Shown here: piece after piece, positions 9,458 through 18,350 of the stretch
Numbering within the stretch: the first letter of the stretch is position 1
Layout of the letters: each line of letters begins with the position of its first letter
DNA from: Deferrisomatales bacterium
GTDB lineage: Bacteria > Desulfobacterota > Deferrisomatia > Deferrisomatales > JACRMM01
Direction of reading: 5' to 3'
Length of the DNA: 64,000 nucleotides
Assembly: GCA_033551855.1 (NCBI GenBank)
Contig: JAWSUI010000011.1
Location: 20,972 to 84,971 of the forward strand
Program-made: the position numbers and the translations under genes
The notes under the pieces: model-generated
Told to the model about the DNA's origin: nothing
The model's database searches: none
What the model saw: only the letters and a program-made list of their open reading frames with translations

Positions 9458-10435
9458 CTAGACGTGGTTTCGGAGCTGGAGCTCGACGGGGTGGGGCTGC
9501 AGGTAGGTCTGCAGCTTGAGGTAGGACTGGTCGTACTTGCGCACGTAGTGGTTGATGAGCGTGACCGGTACGACAAGGGGCACGAGCTGGGTGCGGTACT
9601 GGTCGATGACCTCCAGGAGCTCCGCCTTCTCTCCGGGGGTCAGCTGCTTCTTGAAGTAGCCGAGGGCGTGCTGGAGGACGTTGGCGTTCTTCTTTGGCGT
9701 GGCTTTGAGGCGCAGGGCGTCCACGAGAAGCTCCTCGTACCGGCGGTAGAGCTCCTCGGTGGGGTACTCCCTGGCGGCCGCCACGAGTCGGCCCAGGGCC
9801 TGATAGTGCCGGGGGCTGTGGGAGAGGACGAGGAACTTCTCGCGGGTGTGGAAGTCCATCAACGTCCCGCGGTTCCGTCCCTGGGCCGCGGTTCGGCGCC
9901 AGCGGCGGTACGCGAAGATCCTCTCGACGAAGTTCTCCCGGAGCACGGGGTCGTGGAGACGGCCTTCCTCCTCCACCGCGAGCAAAGGAAAGGAATCGAT
10001 GAGGGCCCGGGCGAAGAGCCCGACTCCGACTTTCTCGGGCATCCCCCCGTCGGTGTACACCTTGACCCGCTCCATGCCGCTGGAGGGGGACCCGCTCTTG
10101 AACACGAACCCGCACAGGTCCTCGGCCTCCAACTCGCACACTCTCCGGCGGGCCCACGCGAGCATGCGCTCGGTGTGGTCCACCGCCGTGCGCTGGGTGA
10201 CCAGGCGGGGGTGCTCCGGGTCGCCCACCAGCCGCATCGCCTCCCGGGGTACCGGGAAGCCGCACTCCACCTCCGGGCAGACGGGAACCCACTCCACGTA
10301 GCGGCCCAGGGTGTCTCGCAGATAGCGGTCGAGCTTGTGCTGGCCGTCGTATCGGACGGCCTCCCCCAGGAGGCACGAGCTGATGCCCAGGCGAATCCTG
10401 TCCGAGGCAGGGGCGGCGGGGGTCGGCGTGCTCAT
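9458..10435 (-). CDS. DUF523 (TudS-like) / DUF1722 fusion protein, YbgA-YbbK type
   Basis: N-terminal ISSCLLGE.VRYDG and CPEVE Cys pattern of DUF523. C-terminal ...HY.ALG.....L....Y.......L......N.L.H..GYFK of DUF1722. Confidence 0.8.
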   Translation of the reverse strand: MSTPTPAAPASDRIRLGISSCLLGEAVRYDGQHKLDRYLRDTLGRYVEWVPVCPEVECGFPVPREAMRLVGDPEHPRLVTQRTAVDHTERMLAWARRRVCELEAEDLCGFVFKSGSPSSGMERVKVYTDGGMPEKVGVGLFARALIDSFPLLAVEEEGRLHDPVLRENFVERIFAYRRWRRTAAQGRNRGTLMDFHTREKFLVLSHSPRHYQALGRLVAAAREYPTEELYRRYEELLVDALRLKATPKKNANVLQHALGYFKKQLTPGEKAELLEVIDQYRTQLVPLVVPVTLINHYVRKYDQSYLKLQTYLQPHPVELQLRNHV

Positions 10436-10637
10436 GGCGGCGTTCCTCTCGGGGTGGCAAGGGGAGAGCTGCTACACAGTGTGCCTGGGCCGGGCGTCAT
10501 CGCCAAGCCGGCCAGGTAGAGACAACGCGGGTTTGACGGGAGCCGCCAGGCTCGCCTACCTTGACGCGCGCCTGGGCCGGTCGATCCCCGATGGGGGAAC
10601 CGGTCATCTCCCGGGGGGCCCCGAGGAGGGAGTTGCC

Positions 10638-11246
10638 GTGACACACCCGCTTCGCGTCGAGGCGTTCTCGGGGGAGAGGGTGCACCCCCTCATCTCGGAC
10701 CTTGCGCGGCTCCGCATCACCGTCTTCCGAGAGTTTCCCTACCTCTACGACGGCAGCCTGGAATACGAGCAGCGCTATCTCCGGCACCTGTCCCGCTCGG
10801 CCGGGAGCGTGGTGGTGGGGGTTCTCGACGGCGCCCGCCTCGTGGGGGCCTCCACCGGCATGCCCCTGGCGGATGAGGCGGAGGGGCTCCAGCAGCCGTT
10901 GTTGGAGGGGGGCTTCGACCTCGAGACCGTCTTCTACTGCGCCGAGTCGGTGTTGCTTCGCCCCTACCGGGGCCGGGGGATGTATCGGGCGTTCTTTGCC
11001 GAGAGGGAGGCCCACGCCCGGAGGTTGGGGTTCTCGTGGTCCGTTTTCTGCGCGGTGGAACGTCCTGCCGACCACCCGCGCCGCCCTCCCGGGTACACCC
11101 CCCTCGACGGGATCTGGATGCGTCTGGGCTACACCCTCCGCCCGGACCTGCGCGCGGAGCTCTCTTGGCGGGACCTGGACGAGGAGGCAGAGACCCCGAA
11201 GCCCATGGTCTACTGGTTGAAGCCCCTGGAAGAGGGCAGAGGCTGA
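10638..11246 (+). CDS. GNAT-family N-acetyltransferase
   Basis: GTG 10638 follows a GAGGAGGGA SD. RPYRGRGMYRAFF is the acetyl-CoA binding (R/Q-x-x-G-x-G/A) region. Confidence 0.7.
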   Translation: MTHPLRVEAFSGERVHPLISDLARLRITVFREFPYLYDGSLEYEQRYLRHLSRSAGSVVVGVLDGARLVGASTGMPLADEAEGLQQPLLEGGFDLETVFYCAESVLLRPYRGRGMYRAFFAEREAHARRLGFSWSVFCAVERPADHPRRPPGYTPLDGIWMRLGYTLRPDLRAELSWRDLDEEAETPKPMVYWLKPLEEGRG

Positions 11247-11254
11247 AGGCCCCC

Positions 11255-12517
11255 GTGTCCATCCTCCCAGCCGGCCCGTCAGGGCCGCCGGCGGTCTCTC
11301 GGCGAGCCGGGCTCCGAGCCCTCGGTGCAGCCTGCCTGGCCGTCGCGTGGCCGGGAGCCCTGATCTTCGGGTACCCCGGGGTCATGGGCCCCCACTGGCA
11401 GGAGGCCCTGGGGTTGAGTCGGGCCGCCGTGGGGGGCACCTTGTTCTTCGTCCTCGCTGCGGTGGGCGCCTTCATGCTGCCGGTGGGGCGCCTGCAGGCG
11501 CGGTTGGGCACCGGGCGTCTCGTCCTCGCGGGCGAGGCGCTGACCGCGGCGAGCCTCCTGTTGACGGCGGCCCCCTCCGGGGCCTGGAGCCTCTATGCAT
11601 GGGGCTTTGCCGTGGGAACCGCGTCGTGCCTGGTCTACCTGCCCAGTCTGACCGCAGTGCAACTCTGGTTTCCCCGGCAGAGGGGTCTGGCCTCCGGGGT
11701 CCTGAACCTGTGTTTCGCGGGCTCTGCGGCCCTCGCCGCACCGGCCCTGGGCTGGGCGGTGGCCGGGTTCGGGTACGGGGCGGCCCACTACGCGCTGGCG
11801 ATTCTCGTCCTGGTGGCCGGCGGGGCGGCGGCGAGGGGGGTGGCGCCGCCCCTCCCCCCCGGGGGACGGCCCGCGCCCTCGGATGCCTCCGTACCCCGGA
11901 GTCTCGCCGAGATCGTCCGCACGCGGGCTTTCTGGCTCCTCTGGTCGACCTGGGCCCTGCAGGGCGCGGCGGGGATCGCCATGGTGACGCTGGCGGTGCC
12001 CCTGGGGCTGGCCCGCGGGGCTTCCCTGGCCGGAGCCGTCTTCGTGCTCACCTGCTTCAATCTGGCCAACGGAGGCAGCCGGGTGGTGGTGGGCCTGCTC
12101 TCCGATCGGGTGGGCCGTCGGCCCGTCCTGTGTGTCGCGTTCCTCGGCGCCGGGGCCGCCTACTTCGGACTTCCCGCGGTGGACACCGTGGGCGCCACGG
12201 CGATCCTCGCGGCGGGGGTCGGGGTGGCGTTCGGCACCCTCTTCACGGTCTCGGCCCCCCTCGCGGTGGAGTGCTTCGGCGCGGCCCACTTCGGGTCGGT
12301 CCTTGGGCTGGTGTTCACAGCCTACGGGTTCCTTTCGGGGCTCCTGGGCCCGTGGGTCAGCGGGCTGCTCCTCGACCGGGGCGGCGGGGACCCGCTCTTG
12401 CCCTGCCTGTACCTGGGTGCCCTGTGCTGGGTATCGGCCCTCTTGATCCTCGGGGTGCGGCCCCGCGGCGGGCAAGGCTCCGGGACGGGGGGCACGCGGG
12501 GGGAGACGCGACGTTGA
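11255..12517 (+). CDS. MFS transporter (oxalate/formate antiporter-like family)
   Basis: About 12 hydrophobic segments. LSDRVGRRP-type loop motif between TM8 and TM9. GTG start chosen at 11255. Confidence 0.8.
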   Translation: MSILPAGPSGPPAVSRRAGLRALGAACLAVAWPGALIFGYPGVMGPHWQEALGLSRAAVGGTLFFVLAAVGAFMLPVGRLQARLGTGRLVLAGEALTAASLLLTAAPSGAWSLYAWGFAVGTASCLVYLPSLTAVQLWFPRQRGLASGVLNLCFAGSAALAAPALGWAVAGFGYGAAHYALAILVLVAGGAAARGVAPPLPPGGRPAPSDASVPRSLAEIVRTRAFWLLWSTWALQGAAGIAMVTLAVPLGLARGASLAGAVFVLTCFNLANGGSRVVVGLLSDRVGRRPVLCVAFLGAGAAYFGLPAVDTVGATAILAAGVGVAFGTLFTVSAPLAVECFGAAHFGSVLGLVFTAYGFLSGLLGPWVSGLLLDRGGGDPLLPCLYLGALCWVSALLILGVRPRGGQGSGTGGTRGETRR

Positions 12518-12969
12518 CGGCACGTCCGTCGGCCCGTGGCGAGATTCTGGCTCTGCCGCAGCGCCGGGACCGGGCTTGGGAAGACCAGGATCGGCGCGGG
12601 GCGGCCGGGCACTTCGCCGCCGACGCGGCGCTCGAGAGCCGGACCGGCGCCCGGGTCGAACGAGGGGAGGCGCTGGAGCGGGCCCGGCGAACGTGGCTCG
12701 AGGGGGCGCACGTTTGCTTCGAGGAGGAGGAGACCGTCGTGGACGAGACCGGGCACAAGGCGCTCCACCCGTGGAATCTGCGGCGACCCTTCCGGGACAC
12801 CGGCGGGGAGGGCCACTCCGAGGTGCGCCGAGGGGTGGACATGGTCCCCTTCCAGGGGGGGGCGGTCGGGCGCAAGCCCACCCGTTCGGAGACCTCCGTC
12901 GCGACGGGGGAAGTGCGGGTGCGGCTCGTCGGCCGGGCCTCCGGGAGCCGCAGAGGGGGTGGCCGATGA
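12514..12969 (+). CDS. Hypothetical acidic protein, translationally coupled on both sides
   Basis: TTG 12514 overlaps the MFS stop (TTGA) and the stop overlaps the corA ATG (ATGA). GC3 is consistently high. I recognise no family, and the start is uncertain. Confidence 0.4.
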   Translation: MTARPSARGEILALPQRRDRAWEDQDRRGAAGHFAADAALESRTGARVERGEALERARRTWLEGAHVCFEEEETVVDETGHKALHPWNLRRPFRDTGGEGHSEVRRGVDMVPFQGGAVGRKPTRSETSVATGEVRVRLVGRASGSRRGGGR

Positions 12970-14027
12970 GCGCGGTTCGGGAGCGATCGGCCAAGACGGG
13001 CCTGCCGCCCGGGACCCTCGTGCACATCGGGGAGCCGGCAGCCGGCCCCTCCACCGTTTCCCTGTTGGAGTATGGGCCCGACGGATTCGAGGAGCGCGCC
13101 CTCGCCGGGATGCAGGAGGTCGCCGCGTGCCTGGAGACCCCGGCCGTGAGCTGGATCCGCGTGTGCGGCGTCCACGACGTGGACGCCGTGGCCCGGGTGG
13201 GCTCGGCGCTCGGCCTTCATCCCCTGGTCCAGGAGGACATCGTCAACACCCGACAGAGGCCGAAGGCCGAGATCTACGACGACCATCTCTTCGTGGTGCT
13301 CCAGATGATCCGCTACGACGCCGAGGCCGCGCGCCTGGACACCGAGCAGGTGAGCCTGATCCTCGGGCCGCGGTATGTCGTGACGTTCCAGGAGCGTCCC
13401 GGCGACGTCTTCGAGGCCGTGCGCCAGCGCATCCGTTCCGGGAAGGGGCGGATGCGGCGCCAGGGACCCGACTACCTCGCCCACGCCCTCATGGATGTGG
13501 TGGTCGATCACTACTTCCTGGCCCTCGAGGCCCTGGAGGACCAGCTCGAGGACCTGGAGGAGGCCCTGCTCCAGAAACCGGGACCCGAGACCCTGAAGGC
13601 CATCCACGACCTCAAGCGGGTCATGGTGGCGCTGCGCAAGGGGGTCTGGCCCCTGAGGGAGCTCCTCTCGAACTTGGAACGCAGCGAGTCGGAGCTCATC
13701 GCCCCCTCGACCCGCCCGTACTTCCGGGACATCTACGACCACTCCATCCAGGTGATCGACACGGTGGAGAGCTTCCGGGACGTGCTCTCCGGGTACCTGG
13801 ACATCTACCTGACCAGCGTCAGCAACCGGATGAACGAGATCATGAAGGTTCTGACCGTCGTCGCCACCGTGTTCATCCCCCTGACCTTCATCGCCGGGGT
13901 GTACGGCATGAACTTCGAGCACATGCCGGAGCTCGGGTGGCGCTGGGCGTATCCGGCCCTCTGGGGGGTCATGGTCGTGCTGGGGGGGGGGATGCTTCTC
14001 GTGTTCCGAAGGAAGAACTGGCTGTGA
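12966..14027 (+). CDS. corA: Magnesium/cobalt transporter CorA
   Basis: 353 aa with YGMNFEHMPEL (the GMN motif) followed by the final TM helix. The upstream part of the tracked ORF is rejected. Confidence 0.92.
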   Translation: MSAVRERSAKTGLPPGTLVHIGEPAAGPSTVSLLEYGPDGFEERALAGMQEVAACLETPAVSWIRVCGVHDVDAVARVGSALGLHPLVQEDIVNTRQRPKAEIYDDHLFVVLQMIRYDAEAARLDTEQVSLILGPRYVVTFQERPGDVFEAVRQRIRSGKGRMRRQGPDYLAHALMDVVVDHYFLALEALEDQLEDLEEALLQKPGPETLKAIHDLKRVMVALRKGVWPLRELLSNLERSESELIAPSTRPYFRDIYDHSIQVIDTVESFRDVLSGYLDIYLTSVSNRMNEIMKVLTVVATVFIPLTFIAGVYGMNFEHMPELGWRWAYPALWGVMVVLGGGMLLVFRRKNWL

Positions 14028-14072
14028 GGGGACCGCGGCGCCGGGAGGGGTGGCCCGGCCCCGCGAGGGAAC

Positions 14073-14114
14073 GGCGGCCCCCCCCGCGTGTCCTGACCTG
14101 CCGGGGGGGCCGCC
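14073..14114. terminator. GC-rich hairpin between the convergent corA and DUF481 genes
   Basis: GGCGGCCCCCCC (14073-14084) pairs with GGGGGGGCCGCC (14103-14114). There is no clean U-tract. Confidence 0.35.
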
Positions 14115-14130
14115 GCCGATCCTTCGGAAC

Positions 14131-14853
14131 TCAGAAATCGACGATCAGGGACGTGAGAAAGGTCCGGTCCGTGTTCTTCGCACCCTCCGGCGGATCGTTC
14201 TGGTACGCGACCAGGTAGCTCAGGCCGAGGGAGATGTTGCTGTTGACCTTGACCTCGAGCCCGGTCTGGGAGTGGAGGAAGTAGAGTCCCGCATCCTCCA
14301 GGGAGACCAGGTAATCCACATACTGTTTGAAGGCCAGGTTCTCCAGGATCTGCCAAGCATAATCACCGGCGAGCTTCGCCGTTGCGTAGGAGTCGTCGGT
14401 ACCGTCGGTGTAATTGTCCCAGGTGTAAAGCAGGGAGGCCAACCCTTTGAGCGACTGGGCCTCGGTCTTCAGGATGTCGTAGCCCACGCCCGGGCCCAAC
14501 TGGATCTTCGAGTCGAAGCCGGCGAACGTATCCTTGAGGTAGCTCGCTTCCACGAAGGCGAAGAAGCGCTCCGTGAGGCTTCGCTCGTAGCGGCCGTCCG
14601 CGAGCCATCGGCTGGACGTCTGCTCACCGTCGGTCTCCGCGAAGAGGACGGCGCCCCGCAGGAAGTAGCGGTTCAGTCCTTGCTCGTACGAGCCCTTGAG
14701 CTGCCCTGCGAGCGTCTGGGTGTCGGTGTTGCCGCTGGTGTGGACGTAGCTGGCCTCCGCGCGCGCCTGGAACGCGGCGTCCTCCGCAGCGGAGGGGTGG
14801 GCGAGCGCGGCGACGGCCGCGGCCGCCAAGGCGGTGCGGACGAGGGGGTGCAT
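14131..14853 (-). CDS. DUF481 (YdiY-like) outer-membrane beta-barrel protein
   Basis: ATG 14853. Signal peptide ...AAVAALAHPSAA, alternating beta-strand pattern and terminal ...SLIVDF (C-terminal Phe typical of outer-membrane proteins). Confidence 0.75.
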   Translation of the reverse strand: MHPLVRTALAAAAVAALAHPSAAEDAAFQARAEASYVHTSGNTDTQTLAGQLKGSYEQGLNRYFLRGAVLFAETDGEQTSSRWLADGRYERSLTERFFAFVEASYLKDTFAGFDSKIQLGPGVGYDILKTEAQSLKGLASLLYTWDNYTDGTDDSYATAKLAGDYAWQILENLAFKQYVDYLVSLEDAGLYFLHSQTGLEVKVNSNISLGLSYLVAYQNDPPEGAKNTDRTFLTSLIVDF

Positions 14854-15074
14854 GGGCTCCTCCATTCGTGGTTTGACTCGATACGGCAGCGACGGATCCC
14901 CGAAGGGGCGGCAGCCTAGCAGAAACGTCAGCCGCGTCCAACTCGCTGCCATCCCCCCGCTGCCGTATCACGAGACCAGCATCCTCCAACGGCCGCGTTT
15001 TCGCGGGGCGGCGAGGGGCCCCCGCGCCCCCGGCCACTGCCCGGACGGCCGGTCCTGGGGCAAACGAAACCATG

Positions 15075-15102
15075 TTGACAGTGCCGGGCCGTTGCCTATA
15101 AT
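15075..15102 (+). promoter_or_regulatory. Consensus sigma-70 promoter for tRNA-Gly(CCC)
   Basis: TTGACA (15075-15080), 16-nt spacer, TATAAT (15097-15102). The tRNA 5' end lies 14 nt downstream. Confidence 0.7.
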
Positions 15103-15115
15103 GGGCGCCACTTCG

Positions 15116-15191
15116 GCGGGCGTAACTCAGTTGGTAGAGTATCAGCTTCCCAAGCTGAGGGTCGCGAGTTCGAGTCTCGTCGCCCGCTCCA
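15116..15191 (+). tRNA. tRNA-Gly (anticodon CCC), CCA encoded
   Basis: Hand-folded cloverleaf: acceptor GCGGGCG/CGCCCGC, D stem ACTC/GAGT, anticodon stem TCAGC/GCTGA with loop TTCCCAA, T stem GCGAG/CTCGT, T loop TTCGAGT. Confidence 0.95.
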
Positions 15192-15201
15192 CGCCGTCAT
15201 C

Positions 15202-15227
15202 GACGCCCCGGCCCCGGCCGGGGCGTC
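15202..15227 (+). terminator. Hairpin downstream of tRNA-Gly(CCC)
   Basis: GACGCCCCGG / CCGGGGCGTC 10-bp stem followed by TTG. The U-tract is weak. Confidence 0.4.
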
Positions 15228-15794
15228 TTGCGTGTGGCCCACGGCCTTCCCCCCCTGATTCCGTCCCCGGCCGGGCGCCTTGGGGCGACGGGTCCCTTTT
15301 TCCGGCTCTTCCGGTAAACGACCGGGTGGGCCCGCCCCCTCCGGCGGACAATCCCGGACTGTACGGTAGGTGCGCTCCCGCGCCGCATCCGGAACCCTCG
15401 CTGCATCGCGGCTCCCGGCGTGGCTGCTCCCGTCGAGCGGCCGTCCGCCTGCGTGGCCGGGCCCACCCGGTCGTCCCTGGACACGAGTACCCGGTCATTT
15501 CCCGGACGAACCCTTCTCCCGGCTGTTCGGGGTTTGACTGCCGTACGCGAGGACGGCCGGGTGGGTCCGACGGCGTCGGCGGACGCCCGGGCGGGTCGGC
15601 CCGTGAACCCCCGGCTGCGACACCGGTGCCCAAAAAGCTCTCCACAAAAGCTCAAAAGGCTCTTGTGTCGCCACCAAACGCTGTGTTACGAGTCGTCGGG
15701 TCTGAAATCGGGGCGCGAAGGGGTGCCCCGGCACCGGTGGGTTCTCGGAGGACCAACGGGCTGTGGGAGCCCGCTGCGAGAGGAGGGAGACGGC

Positions 15795-16070
15795 ATGACC
15801 AAGAAGGATCTGGTTGGGAAGATGGCGGAGAGCGCCGGCGTCAGCAAGGCGACGGCGGAAAAGGCGTTGGCGGGGGCCTTGACGGCCATGGAACAGGCCC
15901 TGAAGAAGGGGGAGAAGGTGTCTCTCGTGGGCTTCGGTACGTTCACCACCGTCGAGCGCAAGGCCCGGCAGGGGCGCAACCCCCAGACCGGCAAGGCCAT
16001 CCGGATCAAAGCCAGGAAGGCGGTCCGCTTCAAGGCCGGGAAGCGTCTGGCAGACAAGGTCAAGAAGTAG
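15795..16070 (+). CDS. hup: Nucleoid-associated DNA-binding protein HU
   Basis: 91 aa: MTKKDLV...GFGTF....R.AR.GRNP.TG..I.I.A...V.FKAGK. GGAGGGAGA SD 5 nt upstream of the ATG. Confidence 0.92.
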   Translation: MTKKDLVGKMAESAGVSKATAEKALAGALTAMEQALKKGEKVSLVGFGTFTTVERKARQGRNPQTGKAIRIKARKAVRFKAGKRLADKVKK

Positions 16071-16109
16071 GGGGCCTTCTCACTCCCCTCCCGGGAGGGC
16101 GTTACCCAC

Positions 16110-16137
16110 GGCCCCTGCGGCGCTCGCCGCAGGGGCC
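16110..16137. terminator. Bidirectional hairpin between hup and the convergent DHH gene
   Basis: GGCCCCTGCGGCG-CT-CGCCGCAGGGGCC, a perfect 13-bp stem. Confidence 0.55.
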
Positions 16138-16164
16138 GTGTTCATGACTCGGCGGTGTGCGGCA

Positions 16165-17547
16165 TCACCCGTTGCCCGGGGTCTTTTGCTGATAGAGCGC
16201 CACGAGGAACCGGTCGCGCACCCAGTTCTCGTGATCGAGACAGTCCGTGGGGATCTGGGGCAGGGGAATCACCGCCTTGGCCATGGCCTTGTGTCCCCCT
16301 GCGCTCCCGTAGGTTTCGAAGGCGGCCTTGGTGACCTCCCCGGCGCTTCGCGTCGCACCGAAGTTCCGGACCGAGATGATCAGCCGTCCCTCGAAGAGAC
16401 CGGATACCACCGACCACTCCACCCCCTCCATTTCCAGGCAGAAGTCCGCGATGTACGGGATCACGTCCTCCCGGGTGAGGGGGCCCATGTGGGCGAAGAG
16501 GATGTCGTCGAGGATGTGGGCATTCTGCAGGGCGAGGCTCAGGGCCGGCAGATCTCCCCGCGGGAACTGGGGCCGGTCGATCCGTCGCAGCAGCCCCTGG
16601 TTTGCCAGGGGATAGAGGCCGGCGAAGGCCGAGACGTCCATCGGTGTGGTGTCGCGGCCCAGCAGTTGGGTGTCGGTCTTGATACCGTAGAGCAGGGCGG
16701 TGGCGAGCCGGGAGGAGATGGGCGTGTCCGAGGCGAGCAGGTACTCGGTCATAATCGTGGAGGTGGCCCCGTAGCGGGGCCGGATGTCCTTGATGCGGGC
16801 CGTGTAATTGATCCGTCGCGGGTGGTGGTCGATGACCAGATCCACTTGGGTCGGGATCTCGGGCGAGTGGAACGGCTGTACGTCGAGAAGGGCCACCCGG
16901 TCGTAGCCGGCGAGATCCGCTGCCTGGACCTTCTGGACCTTGATGTCGAGGAGGTTCACCATGGCCACGTTCTCCGGACGCGTCACCTCTCCGAAGGAGC
17001 CGATGACCGCCGAGAGGCGGTTTCTCCCCAGAAGGGTGCGCAATGCCAGCGCGGAGGCGAGGCCGTCGGGGTCGGGGTCGTCCTGGACGAGCAGGAGGAT
17101 GCGCTCCGCCCCCTTGAAGAGCGTTCGGATGGCGGAGAGGGAGCGGCGGGTGGCGGCCTTCTCCATCTCTGAGCGCAGGCAGACGGCACCCAGGCGGCTG
17201 CTGGGCAGGAACAGGACCTCGTCCTGCCAGGGCTCGGGAGGCTCGACCCCCGGGTCCAAGAGGACCGTCACGGGGGTCTCGGCGTTGTCCTTGAGGAGCG
17301 AGTGGAGACAGCGCCGCAGGAGTGCCGCCCGGGGGATGTGGATCAGGATGCGGTCCTGGGGGGAGACCTTGATGCGCCGGTACAGTCCCGGATCGCTGAG
17401 GTCCCCCGTGGCGGCGTGAAATCCTCTGCGGCGCGCCTTGCCGGCCAGGCGCTGGTCGTCGGTGACCACCAGACACTGGTCCTCGCCCCCCCGCGTGTCG
17501 AATAGCAGCAGAGGCAGCTCGGTCTGTGTGATCAAGGCGATCCGCAT
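16165..17547 (-). CDS. DHH/DHHA1-family phosphoesterase with an N-terminal regulatory-type domain
   Basis: Motifs DDPDPDG, DHH (VIDHHP) and C-terminal GGH (GSAGGHKAMA) are all present. Confidence 0.8.
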   Translation of the reverse strand: MRIALITQTELPLLLFDTRGGEDQCLVVTDDQRLAGKARRRGFHAATGDLSDPGLYRRIKVSPQDRILIHIPRAALLRRCLHSLLKDNAETPVTVLLDPGVEPPEPWQDEVLFLPSSRLGAVCLRSEMEKAATRRSLSAIRTLFKGAERILLLVQDDPDPDGLASALALRTLLGRNRLSAVIGSFGEVTRPENVAMVNLLDIKVQKVQAADLAGYDRVALLDVQPFHSPEIPTQVDLVIDHHPRRINYTARIKDIRPRYGATSTIMTEYLLASDTPISSRLATALLYGIKTDTQLLGRDTTPMDVSAFAGLYPLANQGLLRRIDRPQFPRGDLPALSLALQNAHILDDILFAHMGPLTREDVIPYIADFCLEMEGVEWSVVSGLFEGRLIISVRNFGATRSAGEVTKAAFETYGSAGGHKAMAKAVIPLPQIPTDCLDHENWVRDRFLVALYQQKTPGNG

Positions 17548-17768
17548 CGGTTCCGGCCTCGGCAGCCCTCTGACGTCCAGGAACCGCTCAGTCTAGCGGC
17601 GGGCCGAGAAGAGTGTCAAATCCGGCGACGGCGGCGTGCGGCGCGGTCCGGGATGGGGGAGGCGGGGCGCCCTGAAGGCGCGGCAGCGGGTCTTGACAGC
17701 GGCCGAGGCCGATCCCTATTCTTCGTGTTTGGCCTTGATCCAGAGGGGACGGTTCCTCGGAGGTCGTC

Positions 17769-18350
17769 TTGGAAGAACGGGTTCGCGGCGGGTTTCGGGA
17801 GGGGATCCGGGTTCTGGAGGCCTTTGCGGAGGAGGCCGCGCCCCAGCTCGTGACCGTCGCCCGGCTGACCGCAGACCGGTTGCGGCGGGGCGGCAAGGTG
17901 CTTGCCTTCGGCAACGGTGGTTCGGCGGCCGACGCCCAGCACCTGGCTGCCGAGCTGGTGAACCGTTTCCGGATCGACCGCCCGCCCCTTGCGGCTGTTG
18001 CGCTCACCACCGATACCTCCGCCCTCACGGCCATCGGCAACGACTTCGGGTTCGAGCAGGTGTTCGAGAAGCAGGTTCGGGCCCTCGCCCGTCCCGGGGA
18101 TGTGGCGCTGGGGATCAGTACCAGCGGTAGGAGTCCCAACGTGCTGCGGGCCCTTGCGGCCGCGCGGGAGGCCGGCTGCACCTGCGTCGGCCTCACGGGT
18201 GCCGCGGGTGGGGCCATGGCCGGCCTCTGCGACTTCCTGGTGCGGGCCCCCAGCCGAGACACCCCCCGTGTTCAGGAGTGCCACGTGGCGTGGATTCACG
18301 CTTTCTGCGACCTTCTGGACGCCGTGCTCTACCCCGACGGCGGCCGCTGA
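17769..18350 (+). CDS. gmhA: SIS-domain phosphoheptose isomerase (GmhA/DiaA family)
   Basis: FGNGGSAADAQH.AAELV.RF...R..L.A.ALTTD.S.LTAIGNDFGF..VF..Q...........ISTSG.S.NV is a near-canonical GmhA pattern. TTG start. Confidence 0.8.
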   Translation: MEERVRGGFREGIRVLEAFAEEAAPQLVTVARLTADRLRRGGKVLAFGNGGSAADAQHLAAELVNRFRIDRPPLAAVALTTDTSALTAIGNDFGFEQVFEKQVRALARPGDVALGISTSGRSPNVLRALAAAREAGCTCVGLTGAAGGAMAGLCDFLVRAPSRDTPRVQECHVAWIHAFCDLLDAVLYPDGGR

